Assembly (NCBI GenBank): GCA_964016885.1
Contig: CAXHJY010001630.1
Span: forward strand, 1-64,000
Direction of reading: 5' to 3'
Origin: Eledone cirrhosa
Lineage: Eukaryota
Length of the DNA stretch: 64,000 nucleotides
Shown one piece after another: positions 23,533 through 36,515 of the stretch; the stretch's first letter is position 1, and every line of letters begins with the position of its first letter. The notes under the pieces are model-generated. The model was not told where the DNA came from. It did no database searches and worked only from the letters and a program-made list of their open reading frames with translations. Both the position numbers and the translations under genes were made by a program.

Positions 23533-23900
23533 CCCTTTCGTTACCAGCCAGCCCCAAACCACTTCAAATTTTATGAAACAAAACCACTCATTTTAAAGGT
23601 TTCCTAACATATTTTACATTTATGCCAATATTGTTTAACCTGTTGATATATATATTTTAACTAATCCTTCAACTATTAACCCTTTTGATAACAACCTGCC
23701 CCAAACCATCTTAACTAAATCACCCATGTTAAAGGATTCCTACTTAAATAAAAACCTTCCAACATAATTTTATATAAGAACATTTTGTTATGTTACAAAT
23801 ACCATTCTAATGAAATAATAACTTTAGTGAATCCTTCTCAAATTCTTCATGAATTAATTAAAACACAAAGCATTTCATTAGAAATATGGTAATGAAAGGG
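23533..23900. mobile_element. piggyBac-type MITE family B (two nested left ends)
   Basis: TTAA|CCCTTTCGTTACC...GGTAATGAAAGGG|TTAA; second TTAACCC at ~23676; related copies at ~31270-31650 and ~41667-41897. Confidence 0.7.
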
Positions 23901-25347
23901 TTAATGATATAACTAACTTTTTCATTTTGGTATTGGTGTTTGGAGAATGACTTGGCAAGGATTCTTACAGGAAATTGTGATGGAAGATGTTTGCACTCTA
24001 CTCACACTATTAACTCTACAAGAATAGTGACTACTCACTCTCTACTTTAATACTCAACATGGCCTCTGTTGATTCAAGACAAAGTAATGAAGAGAGAAAT
24101 AGGAAGGTAATGACAGAAGAACCAGGATGAGTGGGTGAGAGATGCGAGGCTATGATAGGAAAAACTGAGTGAGGTAAGAAGATTGAAGAGGATAGACTAA
24201 TAGAAGAGAGACAGTGATATCAGGGAGTAATAGAAGGGAGAAAGAATATGATGGGAGAAACAGAACTGAGAGGAAAGAGTAATGGAAGATAGTGCTGGAG
24301 GCAGTAATGGTAGCTACAATATACAGAGTGAATACAGATGTAGCTGAGTAGTTAAGAAATGTGCTTCACAATCATAAAGTTCCAGGTTCTAACCCACGTG
24401 TGAGCATTGTGAGTGAAACTGGGTAGAGGGAAAACTGTGGGGAATCCTGCCAGCTGGACTGTACCTGCTTTGTCACATATTGTGTGACACTAATTCAGCT
24501 TTGGAATTAAGTGAAGGGTACATATGTTGGTGGAATACTCAACTACTTACATGATAATTAAAAAGCAGGATGTACAGTTGATGAAACAATTGAATGCTCA
24601 TCATCGTAACCAATTGAGAATCTAACATAGCATATCTATATTATATTACTATAGGTTAAGGTAGTCAGATACCTAATCCATTTACACATTTCATTTTTAC
24701 ATCTTCATTTAATGTTTGTTTTCCCTGCTAATTAGGTTTAGACTGGTTGTACTGAGTCAGTACTCAAGCAGAGCTATTGACCTTTCAAATGAGCCAAGAG
24801 CCACATGTCACAAACATATGATCCCACACTCTACTGAATGCATTTTATCATGGCAGCAATACTAGGGGTGTTCTTATGTTTATAACAGAGCTAAAGAATC
24901 CTCCCAACTCTTTGTTTGACAGGTTTTATATGATTGGGTGCCCTTTCTATCACCAACCACTTTACAGTGTGTACTGGGTTCTTTTATGAAAATCACCAAC
25001 ACAGCTGAAAAATTCTTCTGACACTTTGTTTGGCAGGTTTTCTGCAGCTGGATGCCCTTCCTATCACAAACCACTTTAGAGAATATACTAGGTTTAGTTT
25101 ATCAGAGCATCAGTACTAGGGACGATGTTGTGTTTTGACACAGCTGATGGGTCTTCTCAACCCTTTGTTTGTCTGGTTTTCTATCGGTGGATGCTCTTTC
25201 TATCATCAACCACTTTACAGAGTGTACTAAGTGTGTCAACACTATATTATAGAACTAAAAGAATACTGCCCATACTTTCAAATGACCCCCATTTCTTTAT
25301 AGTTTTCTCACCTGAAAAATTGTTTCAAATAAAGTTTACATACTAAC

Positions 25348-25459
25348 CTCTCCTGGTTTGTAAAGTGTATAATCATCTTGAAAGGATGACAGCTGTCGGC
25401 ATACTGACTCGAGATATGAAGCATGGATAAGTGCTTGACCAATAGCAACAGCTTGAACT
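25348..25459 (-). CDS. PIKFYVE: PIKfyve exon 8, DEP domain C-part (VQAVAIGQALIHASYLESV...FQDDYTLYKPGE)
   Basis: Manual translation; DEP AIGQAL and FxD..LY motifs; CAG acceptor, GTTAG donor, phase 2/0. Confidence 0.93.
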
Positions 25460-25869
25460 CTGAAAATCAATACAGTCACATACATCATCATTATCATATT
25501 CACATACAAAATAGCTCTAAAGAATTAACCTTTTGTTCCATATTATCCTCCTCTGCTGCCATCACCACGACCACCATTAACATCATCATCATCATTATTA
25601 TCATCATTATTTAATCCCTAAGGTTGGAAAATTAACTTTCTGCTCCATATCCACCACTGCCACCACCATCATCATCATTTAATGTCTATCCTTTTAGAAT
25701 TAAGTAATTAATTCTATTTCACTTTATTTAGCTATTTCAAGCACCCAAAGTTTGAAAGCCAGTGAAAGCCACAATCAATGGGTGTCCTCTTCAGATAAAT
25801 GAATAAAAATGTAATTTCTCTGCTAATTTAATTAAAACAATAAAAATTGTTTATAAGAAAGTATGTCAA

Positions 25870-26850
25870 ATAATAATAATTGTTTCTACTTTTGGCACAA
25901 GGCCAGCAATTACCCAGTACATTACTAGTACTTTATTTTATCGACCCCGTAAGTATGAAAGGCAAAGTTAACCTCCGCGGGATTTGAACTCAGACCGTAA
26001 AGGGACGTAACTAGGCTGGAAAGCATGGCGTCCGAGTCTCTACCACAAATAATAATAATGGTTTCTGATTTAGGCACAAGGCCAGTGATTTGGGGGGAGG
26101 GGAAAGTCGATTAAATCGACCCCAGTACATTAGTGTTGCTTTATTTTATCTACCCCATAAGGATGAAAGACGAAGCTAACCTCGGTAGGATTTGAACTCA
26201 GAACGTAAAGGGCCGTAACTCTGTGCCACTAAGCATGTTGTTTGACACTTTACTGATTCTGCTAATCTATAATAATAATTGTTTCTACTTTTGGCACAAG
26301 GCCAGCAATTACCCAATGCATTACTGGTACTTTATTCTATCGACCCCGGAAGGATGAAAGGTAAAGTTAACCTCGGCGGGATTTGAACTCAGATCATACA
26401 ATAATAATGGTTTCTCATTTAGGCACGAGGCCAACAATTTGGGGGGAAGGGAAAATCGATTAAATTGACCCCAGTGTGTTACTGGTACTTTATTTTATCG
26501 ACCCTGTAAGGATGAAAGGCAAAGCTAACCTCGGCGGGATTTGAACTCAGAACGTAAAGAGCCATAACTCTATACTGCAAAGCATGGTGTCTGACGCTCT
26601 AGTGATACTGCCAATCCACCGCCTTATAATAATCTATGATTTCTAGTATAGGTACAAGGCCAGTAATTTGGAGGGAGGGGAAAGTCGATTAAGTCGACCC
26701 CAGTACGATACTGGTGCTTTATTTTATCAACCCGTAAGGATGAAAAGCAAAGTTAACGTTAGCGAGACCCGAAATCAGAACGTAAAGGACCATAACTCTA
26801 TGCTACAAAGCATGGTGTCTTACACTCTACCAATACTGCCAATAATAATA
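25870..26850 (-). mobile_element. Head-to-tail cluster of ~5 family-1 SINEs joined by (TAA)n
   Basis: Repeated ggatttgaactcag B-box and core; further copies at ~52345-52560 and ~54058-54600 (+). Confidence 0.8.
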
Positions 26851-27850
26851 GTAGTAGAAGATATAGTTTAAGAAAAAAATAACAGTGTAGACTTATTCCG
26901 TGCTTGCCAAACAAAGGGTTAGGAGGACTTTCAGTTGAGTCAAAGACATGACAACCTCTCCTGTGCACTCAATAGAACATAAGACCATACATAAGCAAGA
27001 TACAGCTTTCTGGCCTGTCTGGGATGTCAGTGGCTTTGCTTCAGTACTGATTTATGCATCTTTTGTTAAATTTTATTTAAAATACCATCTTAATAATTCT
27101 TTCTAACATTGGTGCAAAACCAGCAGATTTGGGGGAAAAGAAAGTCTATTATATTGACTCCTCAGTATTTAACTGGTACTTTATTTTATCAGCCCCAGAA
27201 GGATGAGAGGAAAAGTTGACTATGGTGGGATGGATTTGAACACACAAAGTAAAAAGCTGAAACAAATACTGCTAAACCTTTGAAAGGAAATCATTAAAAT
27301 AAGTAAGAGTAAAACTCTTCAAGGTTGGGCTCCATTACGGGTACAGCTCAATCACCTAACCAAAAAAATGAATAAAAATGAAAAATAATTTCTTAGGTAT
27401 GTGAACCCATAACACCTGTTGGAGTTGTAGGGGTGCCATAGTGACATATGGCATGTCTTGGACATTTTAAAACCTGAAAGACGTCATCCTCTCTCCAAGT
27501 CTGAGCAAAGCCAATTTCTGCCAGAAAAGAAGAGAAAAAGTGGAAGTGACAAAAAGATATAGAAGAAGAGTCAACCCCTCTATGGGACTGTTATTTCATG
27601 ACCTAGCAAGGATGAAAAGCAGAATTTGAACTCGGAGCGTAGAGAGCCAGAATGAATACTTGAAAGCATTCTATCTGACATTCTAATGACTCTTAAGCAT
27701 GTAGCCATAAGTAAATGGAGTTATTCTTCTTACATAAAAATAGATTGTACTGCCTGAACTCAAAACTCATGTGACAAAATTCTAATATTATCTATTTGGT
27801 TACTTTTCTTTCAAACACAAATAAAATATAACAAAAAAAAAAATGTTCAC

Positions 27851-28008
27851 CGTTTTGCAGCCTTTCCATTTCTCAGAAGCCATTCCACTAATTCTTTTCC
27901 TGTCACACAATGTTGGTAGGTTTTTAAACGAAATCGGTGGCTCTGCATTTCAACACCATCTTTTGGATGCTGAATTTGACGCCAAAGTTCACGTAATTGC
28001 AGAGAATT
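27851..28008 (-). CDS. PIKFYVE: PIKfyve exon 7, DEP domain N-part (LRELWRQI...HRFRLKTYQHCVTGKELVEWL)
   Basis: DEP signature C..GKELV.WL; CAG acceptor, GTGAA donor, phase 0/2. Confidence 0.95.
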
Positions 28009-28100
28009 CTGTAACAAAGACAAAGCATTAATATTCATCATCATGCAGAAGAGAAGAGGAAATCTTTGAAACAGAATTTGTCTGTGATTACAAGAGAGAT

Positions 28101-28444
28101 CATCATCATCATCATTTCATTTTACGTCCGCTTTTTCCCTGCTTGCAAGGGTGGGACGGGAACTGATTCTGGCTTGATTTCTACAGCTGGATGCCCTTCC
28201 TAACACCAACCTCATTTACAGTGAGTGCTGGGTGCTTTTTTGCCGTGGCACCTCCACGACCACTTTGCAGTGGAATGATAGGGACACCTGCCCCTATCAT
28301 CTCATTTCTACAGCTGAGTAAACTGGAGCAATGTGAAATAAAGTGTCTTGCTCAAGGAAACAACACATCACCCGGTCTGAGAATTGAACTCACAACCTTT
28401 CGATTGCAAGGCCAATGCTCTAACCACTAAGCCATGTGCCTCCA
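28101..28444 (-). mobile_element. tRNA-derived SINE family 2 with an RTE-derived 3' tail
   Basis: A-box TGGCTTAGTGG, B-box GAGTTCAATTC, core TTGAGCAAGACACTT, tail shared with the RTE 3' UTR; truncated copy at 38027-38295. Confidence 0.8.
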
Positions 28445-29077
28445 TCAGATACTGATTCAAAATAAAAACAACAAATATTTTGTCTAAATTGTTAATTTAG
28501 AAGTGGGAGTTAATGCAACTCATAGTCCTTCATTGTAAGAAATGTCGCTACATTACAAAAACAACGTTAGTGGTTAGAGCAATGAGTTTACAATAGTTAG
28601 GTCGTGAGTTCAATTCCCAGACTGGGTGGTATGTTGTGTCCGGTAGCAAGACACTTTATTTCATGTTACTCCAATTCACTCAGTTGGTAAAATGAATTGC
28701 AATGACAGCGGTCACAAGCTGTATTGGCCACTGCCTTTTCTTTGGACAACATTGGTGGTGTGGAGGGGGCACACTGACATATGTAGGCGACTGCTGGTCT
28801 TCCACAAAAACGCTTTACTCAGGCTTGTGCCTCAGAGGGGAACTTTTTAGGTATAAAGCTTATGGTTATTCGTAACTGCAGGGGGTCTTTTTAGATATGT
28901 AAATAACATTAAATTTTTCAGTTAGAGCAAAAGAATTTAATAAATTTAAACCTGAGTTCAATGTGCACTGGCGAAAAACACTTAATAAAGTATGAAAATC
29001 TGAATAAGTGTGTATGTCTGCATACAAACCTATTCAAATTGGTAAAATTGATGATAAATAAATAAATAGTTAGTTAC

Positions 29078-29204
29078 CTGTGTTAGTTTCCTACTTTCAT
29101 TTGCAATATTTTCAAAACTAGCAAATTCTGGTTGATGAGTGAGGTCAAAAGGTGCCGATGCCTTGTTTGTCTCTCCATTGGTAATATCTGGGGAACTGTG
29201 AGAC
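29078..29204 (-). CDS. PIKFYVE: PIKfyve exon 6 (SHSSPDITNG...NESRKLTQ)
   Basis: Poly-T tract and TAG acceptor, GTAAC donor, phase 2/0, open frame linking exons 5 and 7. Confidence 0.85.
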
Positions 29205-31680
29205 CTAGAAAAAAAAATTTAAATAACAATAATGAATTCTTTACATAGGCACACCTAAAGGACATATTTAGACAAGAGAACATTAATTGTAAGGCAGCAG
29301 CTGTGAGATAATATTAATGTAACTAAACTGTACTACAAAAGAATATGTCTAAAAGATTTTTGCAAACACTGCATGTATCTTCTTCATTAGTTCTTTTGCT
29401 CCCCATGGAGCATTGGGCGATGAGAGATCTCCATTCTGAACAGTTGCAAGCCTTGTCACAGGCATGCTTCTAGGCCAGGTATCTGTTTCTTGTTTCTGTA
29501 GCAAGTCTGATTAATAGAAGTAGGGTTACTAACCTCAAGCTCCATTGTATGTATAGACGTATGTAAACACTTTGCCTGTATATACACTATCATCATCGTT
29601 TTTATACCTCCTTTTCCATACTGGCAGCATGGGTTTGGGTGGGATGGTTTGAGGCAATGTTTTGTACTGGATGCCCTTCCTGATGCCAACCTGCTTCTTA
29701 TGACATGTAGGCATACTGAGTATCTATTCTAAAAACTAGGATACACATGACATAAGACAAAATATGAGTAATCAGCTGAAATAGTTTCAATCATCTTTGG
29801 ATTTCATCAGTAACTGAATAACCTCTTTAACTATTCATGGGGGAATTTCATCAGTGATGGAGTACCCTCTTTAACTGGGTGTCATTAATAACTAAGTACA
29901 TTATTTATATGTCATTAACATCTAAGTACATTATTTAACTATCTATAAACATACTGTTTACAAATCCACTACTATTAGTGACTTAAGTAAACTGTAATGA
30001 CCAATTTGCATATATAACATAATCTTGCCAGCTAGTTCAATTAATAAATATACAAAATCTCACAGTGTCATGAAAGGTCATTGACATAATATATAAAATA
30101 ACTGAGCAGTATCTAATAAAACAAAACACACTACTAAAGGGAACAGAAAAAAAGAAGAAAAAACAAAATGAAAGGGAGAAAAAGAAAGAAGGATCAAGCA
30201 GTGAAAGAAAAAGAGGGAGAAGGACAGTCACTACACCCCAGTCTGAGAGGTGCCGCAGCCATGCCCCATGGACAAGACAGCAAAAGTGTTACTGCAGAGA
30301 ATGGCCAGAGACCCCACCTCATGAGGCTTCCTTCTCAAGCAGGCTGCCATCTTTTCGACTTTATGGAGGAAATCAGCCGTGCAGGTGACCAAGGATGCCA
30401 AAGATCTCAGCAGAGACCAGTGCAAAGAGAAAGAGGTTGGTCAGGCCTCGGTATCTTCCTCTCCTCCGCATTGAGGGCAGTGGAGCCCAGGTTTATGGAC
30501 TAAGTGACAAGGTTGGAGACGGAGAACAAGTCACTTCACATCCTGTCACAATTCTCAGTGTGTGTGCAGTGTTTTGTTTCAATGCTGCACTGTATTACAG
30601 AATATATCTATAGATTTTAGCCAATACTGTATGTAATAGATAGTGGAATATATACAATATCTGCAGAGAGAGAAACAGAGGGATCAACCAGACTAGCTGC
30701 AATGTTATACTGTACTACAGAATATATCTAAAAAAAATGTAGCCAACACTGTGTATAAACAGTCTACATAGTTTCCGTTATTTCAAAGTTAATGTGACTG
30801 AGAGAGTGATTTTTTTCTGGATTGAAAAGAAGAGCTTGCACCTATGGGTTTTCCAAAGTCTTCTGAAACCTGTGAGATCAACAGGGTTAATGTTTCTTTT
30901 GAATAGTTGAAAGTTAAAGGCTACAGGGAAAACATATGCCGAGAAGAAATACCAGCGGGTTGACATTTTAGGGAGGAAGGACAGAGCATAGTGGCTAGTG
31001 CAGGTCTTGGGGAAAGTGATAAGAAATAAGTAAATTACAGTGTTTAATAGGGCTGGCACAAATCCAGCCAGCTCCAAAGGATAAAGATCACTGTAGTTGT
31101 ATTAAAAAGGTAGAGAGAAGAATTATCACATCTGTAGGGAAGATAGATATTGTAGTGCGTTGAGGAGCATTTTTATGATAAAAACTGTGAAGTGGCCTTT
31201 CTTTTGGTGTGGTTTAGGGTGTCTATGTGCTTGTAACACCAAAGAAATTCAAACCCGTGAAACAACATTAACCCATTTGATTCCAAACTGCTTGTTTTAA
31301 AGTGTTTATCATCATTGTTTTTATGTCAACTTTTCCATGCTGACATAGCTTGGACGGGACTTTTTGAGGCAATGTTTTACAGCCAGATGCCCTTCCTGGC
31401 ACAAGCACTTTTAGTCTCTTCTTAAGACATGCAGGGATACGGTGTACCTATTCTAAACTGGATACACACAATTAATGTTTATGTTTATCTAAAAATCTTT
31501 CATCATAATTTTATCTAAGAACCTTTCTTTATCTAAGAACTAGCTTAATAATGAGAAATTTAGTTATATTACGAAATCCCTCTAAATTCTTAATTATTTT
31601 CAAAAATTATTTGAAAATCATAGTCAGTGTAAATATGGTAATGAAAGGGTTAACCGTAGTCTTTTAATTAAATAACTTAC

Positions 31681-31924
31681 CGGCCATGGGGAATTTGTTC
31701 ATCCATTATTGAAGTAGCGTACCTCTTCTGAAGAACTGGAGTCCACCAACCACTGTCTTTACCACTTACTCCACTATTGGAAGGTGGTAAACTCTCCCCA
31801 CTCTGAAGAGGATTCAAATTCTTTAGGTCATCTTTGAAATTTCGAAGGTCCCCAGAAGTGCTACCTTGCTGCTTAGTATATGTTGTAACTGCACGACAAC
31901 AGTACTCACATACTCGCACACCAC
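31681..31924 (-). CDS. PIKFYVE: PIKfyve exon 5, FYVE C-part (GGVRVCEYC) plus linker
   Basis: RVC FYVE motif; TAG acceptor, GTAAG donor, phase 1/2. Confidence 0.93.
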
Positions 31925-33348
31925 CTATAAAAACAACAATAAAAATATAGTCATTGTTATGTTAAACAAAAATAGAATTGGTAGAAAAATAGATAACATG
32001 CCTCATGCAGTTCAAATTCCACCAAGATAAACTTTACTTTTCCTACATTTTTTATCTAAATTGTTGGATTTGTTCTTAAATTAGAAATTATTATGTCAGA
32101 TAATACAAAACTGTATTGTGAAGCATTCAACTGAACAGTCTTTTTGAAAACTAACCACCATATCATGAGATAAGAATGAGATATATCATTGTTTAGATAA
32201 CTTCATTAAAGTATTGTAAAGTATGGATGTATGGAAGGACCCATACCCCCTGGTAGAGTCGTACAGACATCGCAGTGACAAGACATTTCTTGGGCATTTA
32301 AAACCTGGTGGAGCTCATCTCTTGCCAGGTCTCAACATAGAGAATGAGTGAGTGAGAGAAAAAGGAAGTGAGAAAGAGATATAGGGGAAGAATTGATCCC
32401 AGTATTGAACAGTAGATTTTTTTATCAACCTTGAAAGGATGAAAGCAAAGTTGACCTAGGAAGAATTTCAACTCAGAGTGCAGAGAGCCAGAACAAATAC
32501 TGCAAAGTATTTTATTTGACATTCTAATGACTCTGCCAATTCACTGCCTATTGAGGAGTATAAGAATAGCTAAACAGATACTTGATGCTTACCTAGAATA
32601 CTAAATGTGTCTGTGAACTCAATATGACGTATTCATTTAATTAATCTTCTTATCTTATTGAACTGCACGAGTTAGCATTTAAAATAAATGAGCACGTGAC
32701 CCTTGTACAAAAGATAAAGCCGAAATAGTAGTGTGGTAACTAAGTTTCCTAAGTTCTAGGAGTTAGATTTGAAGTCCATACACTATAAGTTCAAACCATT
32801 ACATAGACTAATCTATCATGACAAGGTCAGTTCAAGTTAACATTTTCAACCACAGAAGTCATTATCACCATATAGTGTTATCATTGTTTAGCATCCATTT
32901 TCTCTGCTATGAAGGGCTGGATGTGTCATCACAGACCAGTCAGTACTCAAGTTACAGCAATTACCTTCAGATGGGTTGGATGCCCAATATATGATCCTAT
33001 GTTCTACTGAGTGTATGTTATGTCCTTGATTTAGCTGAAGAGTCCTCACAACCTTTTAGCAGCTTTTCTATGGATGGATGCTTTCTTATCACAAACTATT
33101 TTAGGAATTTTTCTAACTAATGCTAGTATGGAAAAATAACAATGAAAATTATATAGCTTTGTTTGAAACAGTTCAGCAATAAAAAAAAAACAATAATACT
33201 AAAGAACATCAAATGGAACTAAAGTATTTGCATAGTTGATTAATACAATATCTAGATTTGATTCTTGTTCAATAGTACCATAGGATTTGCCTATCTAGAC
33301 AGCAGCTGTCCAACTAAAAGTCATATAAACATTATATATAAATAATAA

Positions 33349-33552
33349 TCCTTTAATATTTAAACCGGCCATATCCAGCCAGAATTCTCTCACCTCTTTC
33401 TGTTCAAACTGGCCATAACTAGTCACTCATACTGATATTAAGGTATTGTTCTCAAAATAACATCAAAATCTCATAGATTCGATATTATGTAAGATAAAGC
33501 CTTTACTACGAATATACAATAGTAAATATAGAGAAATATAAATGCTAAAGGG
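33349..33552. mobile_element. piggyBac-type MITE family A
   Basis: Internal similarity to 6967-7183; AAAGGG|TTAA right end. Confidence 0.7.
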
Positions 33553-34100
33553 TTAACTTCAGAATATCGCAAGATAGCTACCAAATATCAGTGACAGATG
33601 TTAACTAGGGATACTAAAACCTTAGAGAGAAAGAATTCATGTACAGATGCTCATGTTCAAATACTTCATTAGAAAATTGATAAAACAATTGAAAATGATG
33701 ACAATTATAGTTGTAAATGTATCTATATATTACTAAAACTCTGTGGTTGCTTGCTTGTCTGTAATACAGCCAAAAGAGTGCATAATGGGAAAATACTTTG
33801 AAAGGAAGTTGCCCCTGAAATGGCAATACAAATGGAATAAAACAAGTTTCACGTAAATTGGACCACGGGTTCCGGAGATATGGCGTACCTTCAGAACAAA
33901 GAGAGAGAAAGATAGAGAGAAAGAGATAGTGGTTGTGACAGAGTAGATTGAAAGAGAAACATAGAGAGAGGAAGAAGAGACAGAGAAGGAGAATGGAAGA
34001 GAGCTGGTGGTGTTGTTGTGTATATATGTGTGTGTGTGTCTATGACCAACGCATATAGATCACAGACACCCACATACATATATATACACACACACACACA

Positions 34101-34394
34101 CATCATCATCATCATTTTATGTCCGCTTTTCCCTGCTTGCAAGGGTTGGACGAGTCCTATTCAGTACAGCATCTCTCCACTTGTCACGGTCCTTCGTCAT
34201 CTCCTCGGTGAGTTTCAGCGATCTGAGGTCAGCTCTCACCATCTCCACCCATGTTTTAAGTGGTCTACTTCTACTGCGTCTTCCTTCTGGTGGGATTTCT
34301 TGGCACTTCTTTAACCGACTGTCATCCTCCATGTGCATCACATGTTCATACCATCTCAGCCTTCTCTCCTGCACACCACAACTTATCCCTCTTA
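34101..34394 (-). mobile_element. RTE LINE 3' fragment
   Basis: RGISCGVQERRLRWYEHV...RPLKTW; (TGA)n tail. Confidence 0.8.
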
Positions 34395-34466
34395 TACATA
34401 TATGTATATATATACATATATGTATATGTATACACACATACATATATGTATATGTATACACACATA

Positions 34467-35130
34467 TAGCATCACTCAGCAAAACTTTTGTCAGCCGCTC
34501 TCCAGCTATCTATTTAAAGCTTTACATGGCTATGGTGCGGCCACACTTAGAATTTGCATCACCAGTCTGGAACCCCTATCTTGATCAGAACATTGACCGC
34601 CTGGAAACTGTTCAGAGACGTGCAACCAAGTGAATACCCTCCATCAGGCATCTACCATACTCTGAACGCCTTGCTTCCCTGGGCATGGATACATTGAAGC
34701 TCCGATGCCTGGCAACTGACTTGGTAAACACCCACAAAGTTATTAACCATCTTGCCAACAACAACCCTGAGTACCTTTTTGATTTCCATGTGTCTAACAC
34801 ACATGGGCATGCCCACAAAGTCAGAAAACAGCACAGCTCCCATGACTTTCGGAAACATTTTTTCGCACTCAGAGTTGCTGAAGCATGGAACAAACTACCT
34901 GCATCAGTTGTTAACTGTCGAGACACTGCATCCTTTAAAACCTCCATGTTTCCCGAGATTCGCCAACACTACACCTAATGTTCCCCCTCCATACACATAC
35001 ACACATGTATATCATGACTCATACACTATTCACTTCTCTGACATTTGTGTATTATTCTATGTACTATACATGCACCTTTGACGAGTTGTAGTGCACCTGA
35101 GCACTTTACACAATAATTTCATTATCTTAT
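34467..35130 (+). mobile_element. CR1-type LINE 3' fragment
   Basis: LYMAMVRPHLEFASPVWNP, LETVQRRATK, YSERL, FFALRVAEAWNKLP. Confidence 0.88.
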
Positions 35131-35658
35131 ATATATATATATGGGCCTTCCAGTTTCATTTCACATTATATACATGTCTGTGTATATTTTAATTATTTAT
35201 AAATTATTTTTAAGTGAACATGATTTTAAAAAAATATTTTGAAGTGAATGTGACCCAACGGGTCTCAGGTGGTCTAGTATCTTATAAAGAGGTACATGGC
35301 TTGGTGATTAGGGTGTTTGACTCACAATTGTAAGATTATGAGTTCAATTCTCGGTAATGTGTTGTGTGATTAAGCAACTTTATTTCTCATTGCTCCAGTC
35401 CACTCAGCTGCAGAAAAAAAGAGTGGTATCTGTAATCCAAAAAGTCAACCTTGTCACATTCTGTATTATGCTGAATCTCCCTGACAACTATGCTAAGAGT
35501 ACACATCTCTGTGGAATGCTCAGCCACTTATACAAACTATTCTGTTGTTCAAACAACTAGACAACTGGATCCAATGGAGGTTCAACAACAGTAGCAGCAG
35601 CAACAACAACCAAATCAAAAGCAACAACACCAACAACAACAACAAATGAATGCCTTAC

Positions 35659-35833
35659 CTCTGTGCCCCATGATCTTTCCTGGTAATTCTTGATTACAGC
35701 ATTTGCTGCAAAAGATCTGGCCACAGATCCGGCAGTGGTGGCGTCTTCTTAAGGTGGTGAATTTATCACCACAGTCATAGCATTCCCGACAACTGCTATC
35801 AGGCATCCAATATTGCTTAAAATCACTTTCTTT
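35659..35833 (-). CDS. PIKFYVE: PIKfyve exon 4, FYVE domain N-part (KESDFKQYWMPDSSCRECYDC...RRRHHCRICGQIFCSKCC)
   Basis: WxxD and RRHHCR FYVE motifs, typical Fab1 KQYWMPD; TAG acceptor, GTAAG donor, phase 0/1. Confidence 0.97.
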
Positions 35834-35889
35834 CTACAATAATATCAAATAAACAATATTCATATACAATACCTATGTTTTATATCATA

Positions 35890-35939
35890 GTATGTGTGTG
35901 CATGGTTATGTGTAGTTGAACATGGACCAGGTTCAATAT

Positions 35940-36003
<64 letters not shown>

Positions 36004-36165
36004 ATGCTTATGTGTAGTTGAACATGGACCAGGTTCAATATCAATGTGTGTGTGTGTGTGTGTGTGCATGTTTATGTGTAGTTGAGCATGGACCAGGTTC
36101 AATATCAGTGTGTGTGTGTGTGTGTGCATGCTTATGTGAATTTGAGCATGGACCAGGTTCAATAT

Positions 36166-36228
<63 letters not shown>

Positions 36229-36515
36229 TATGTGAAGTTGAGCATGGACCAGGTTCAATATCAGTGTGTGTACATGTGTGTGTGTGTATGTGTGCATGCT
36301 TAATGTGTAGTTGAATATGGACCAGGTTCAATATCTGTGTGTGTGTGTGTGTGTGTGTGCATGCTTAATGTGTAGTTGAATATGGACCAGGTTCAATATC
36401 AGTGTGTGTGTGTGTGCATGTGTGTGTGTGTGTGTATGTGTGCATGCATGTATGTAGTTGAGCATGGACCAGGTTCAATGTCAGTGTGTGAGTGCATGTG
36501 TGTGTGTCTGTGTGT
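35890..36515. repeat. Composite minisatellite: 8 copies of a ~42-bp core separated by variable (GT)n
   Basis: gcatgcttatgtgtagttgagcatggaccaggttcaatatca followed by (gt)n. Confidence 0.92.

Noticed and set aside
28370-28444. tRNA genes
   Set aside because: tRNA-like heads continue into SINE core and tail and are multicopy and degenerate; same for ~28565, ~35290 and ~24340.
30168-30613. GC-richer segment with 111-aa and 72-aa ORFs
   Set aside because: No motif I recognise and no convincing splice sites; probably a TE remnant and needs a database search.
35890-36515. CRISPR array or tRNA gene cluster
   Set aside because: Spacers are (GT)n; A/B-box-like motifs are too close together and there is no cloverleaf.
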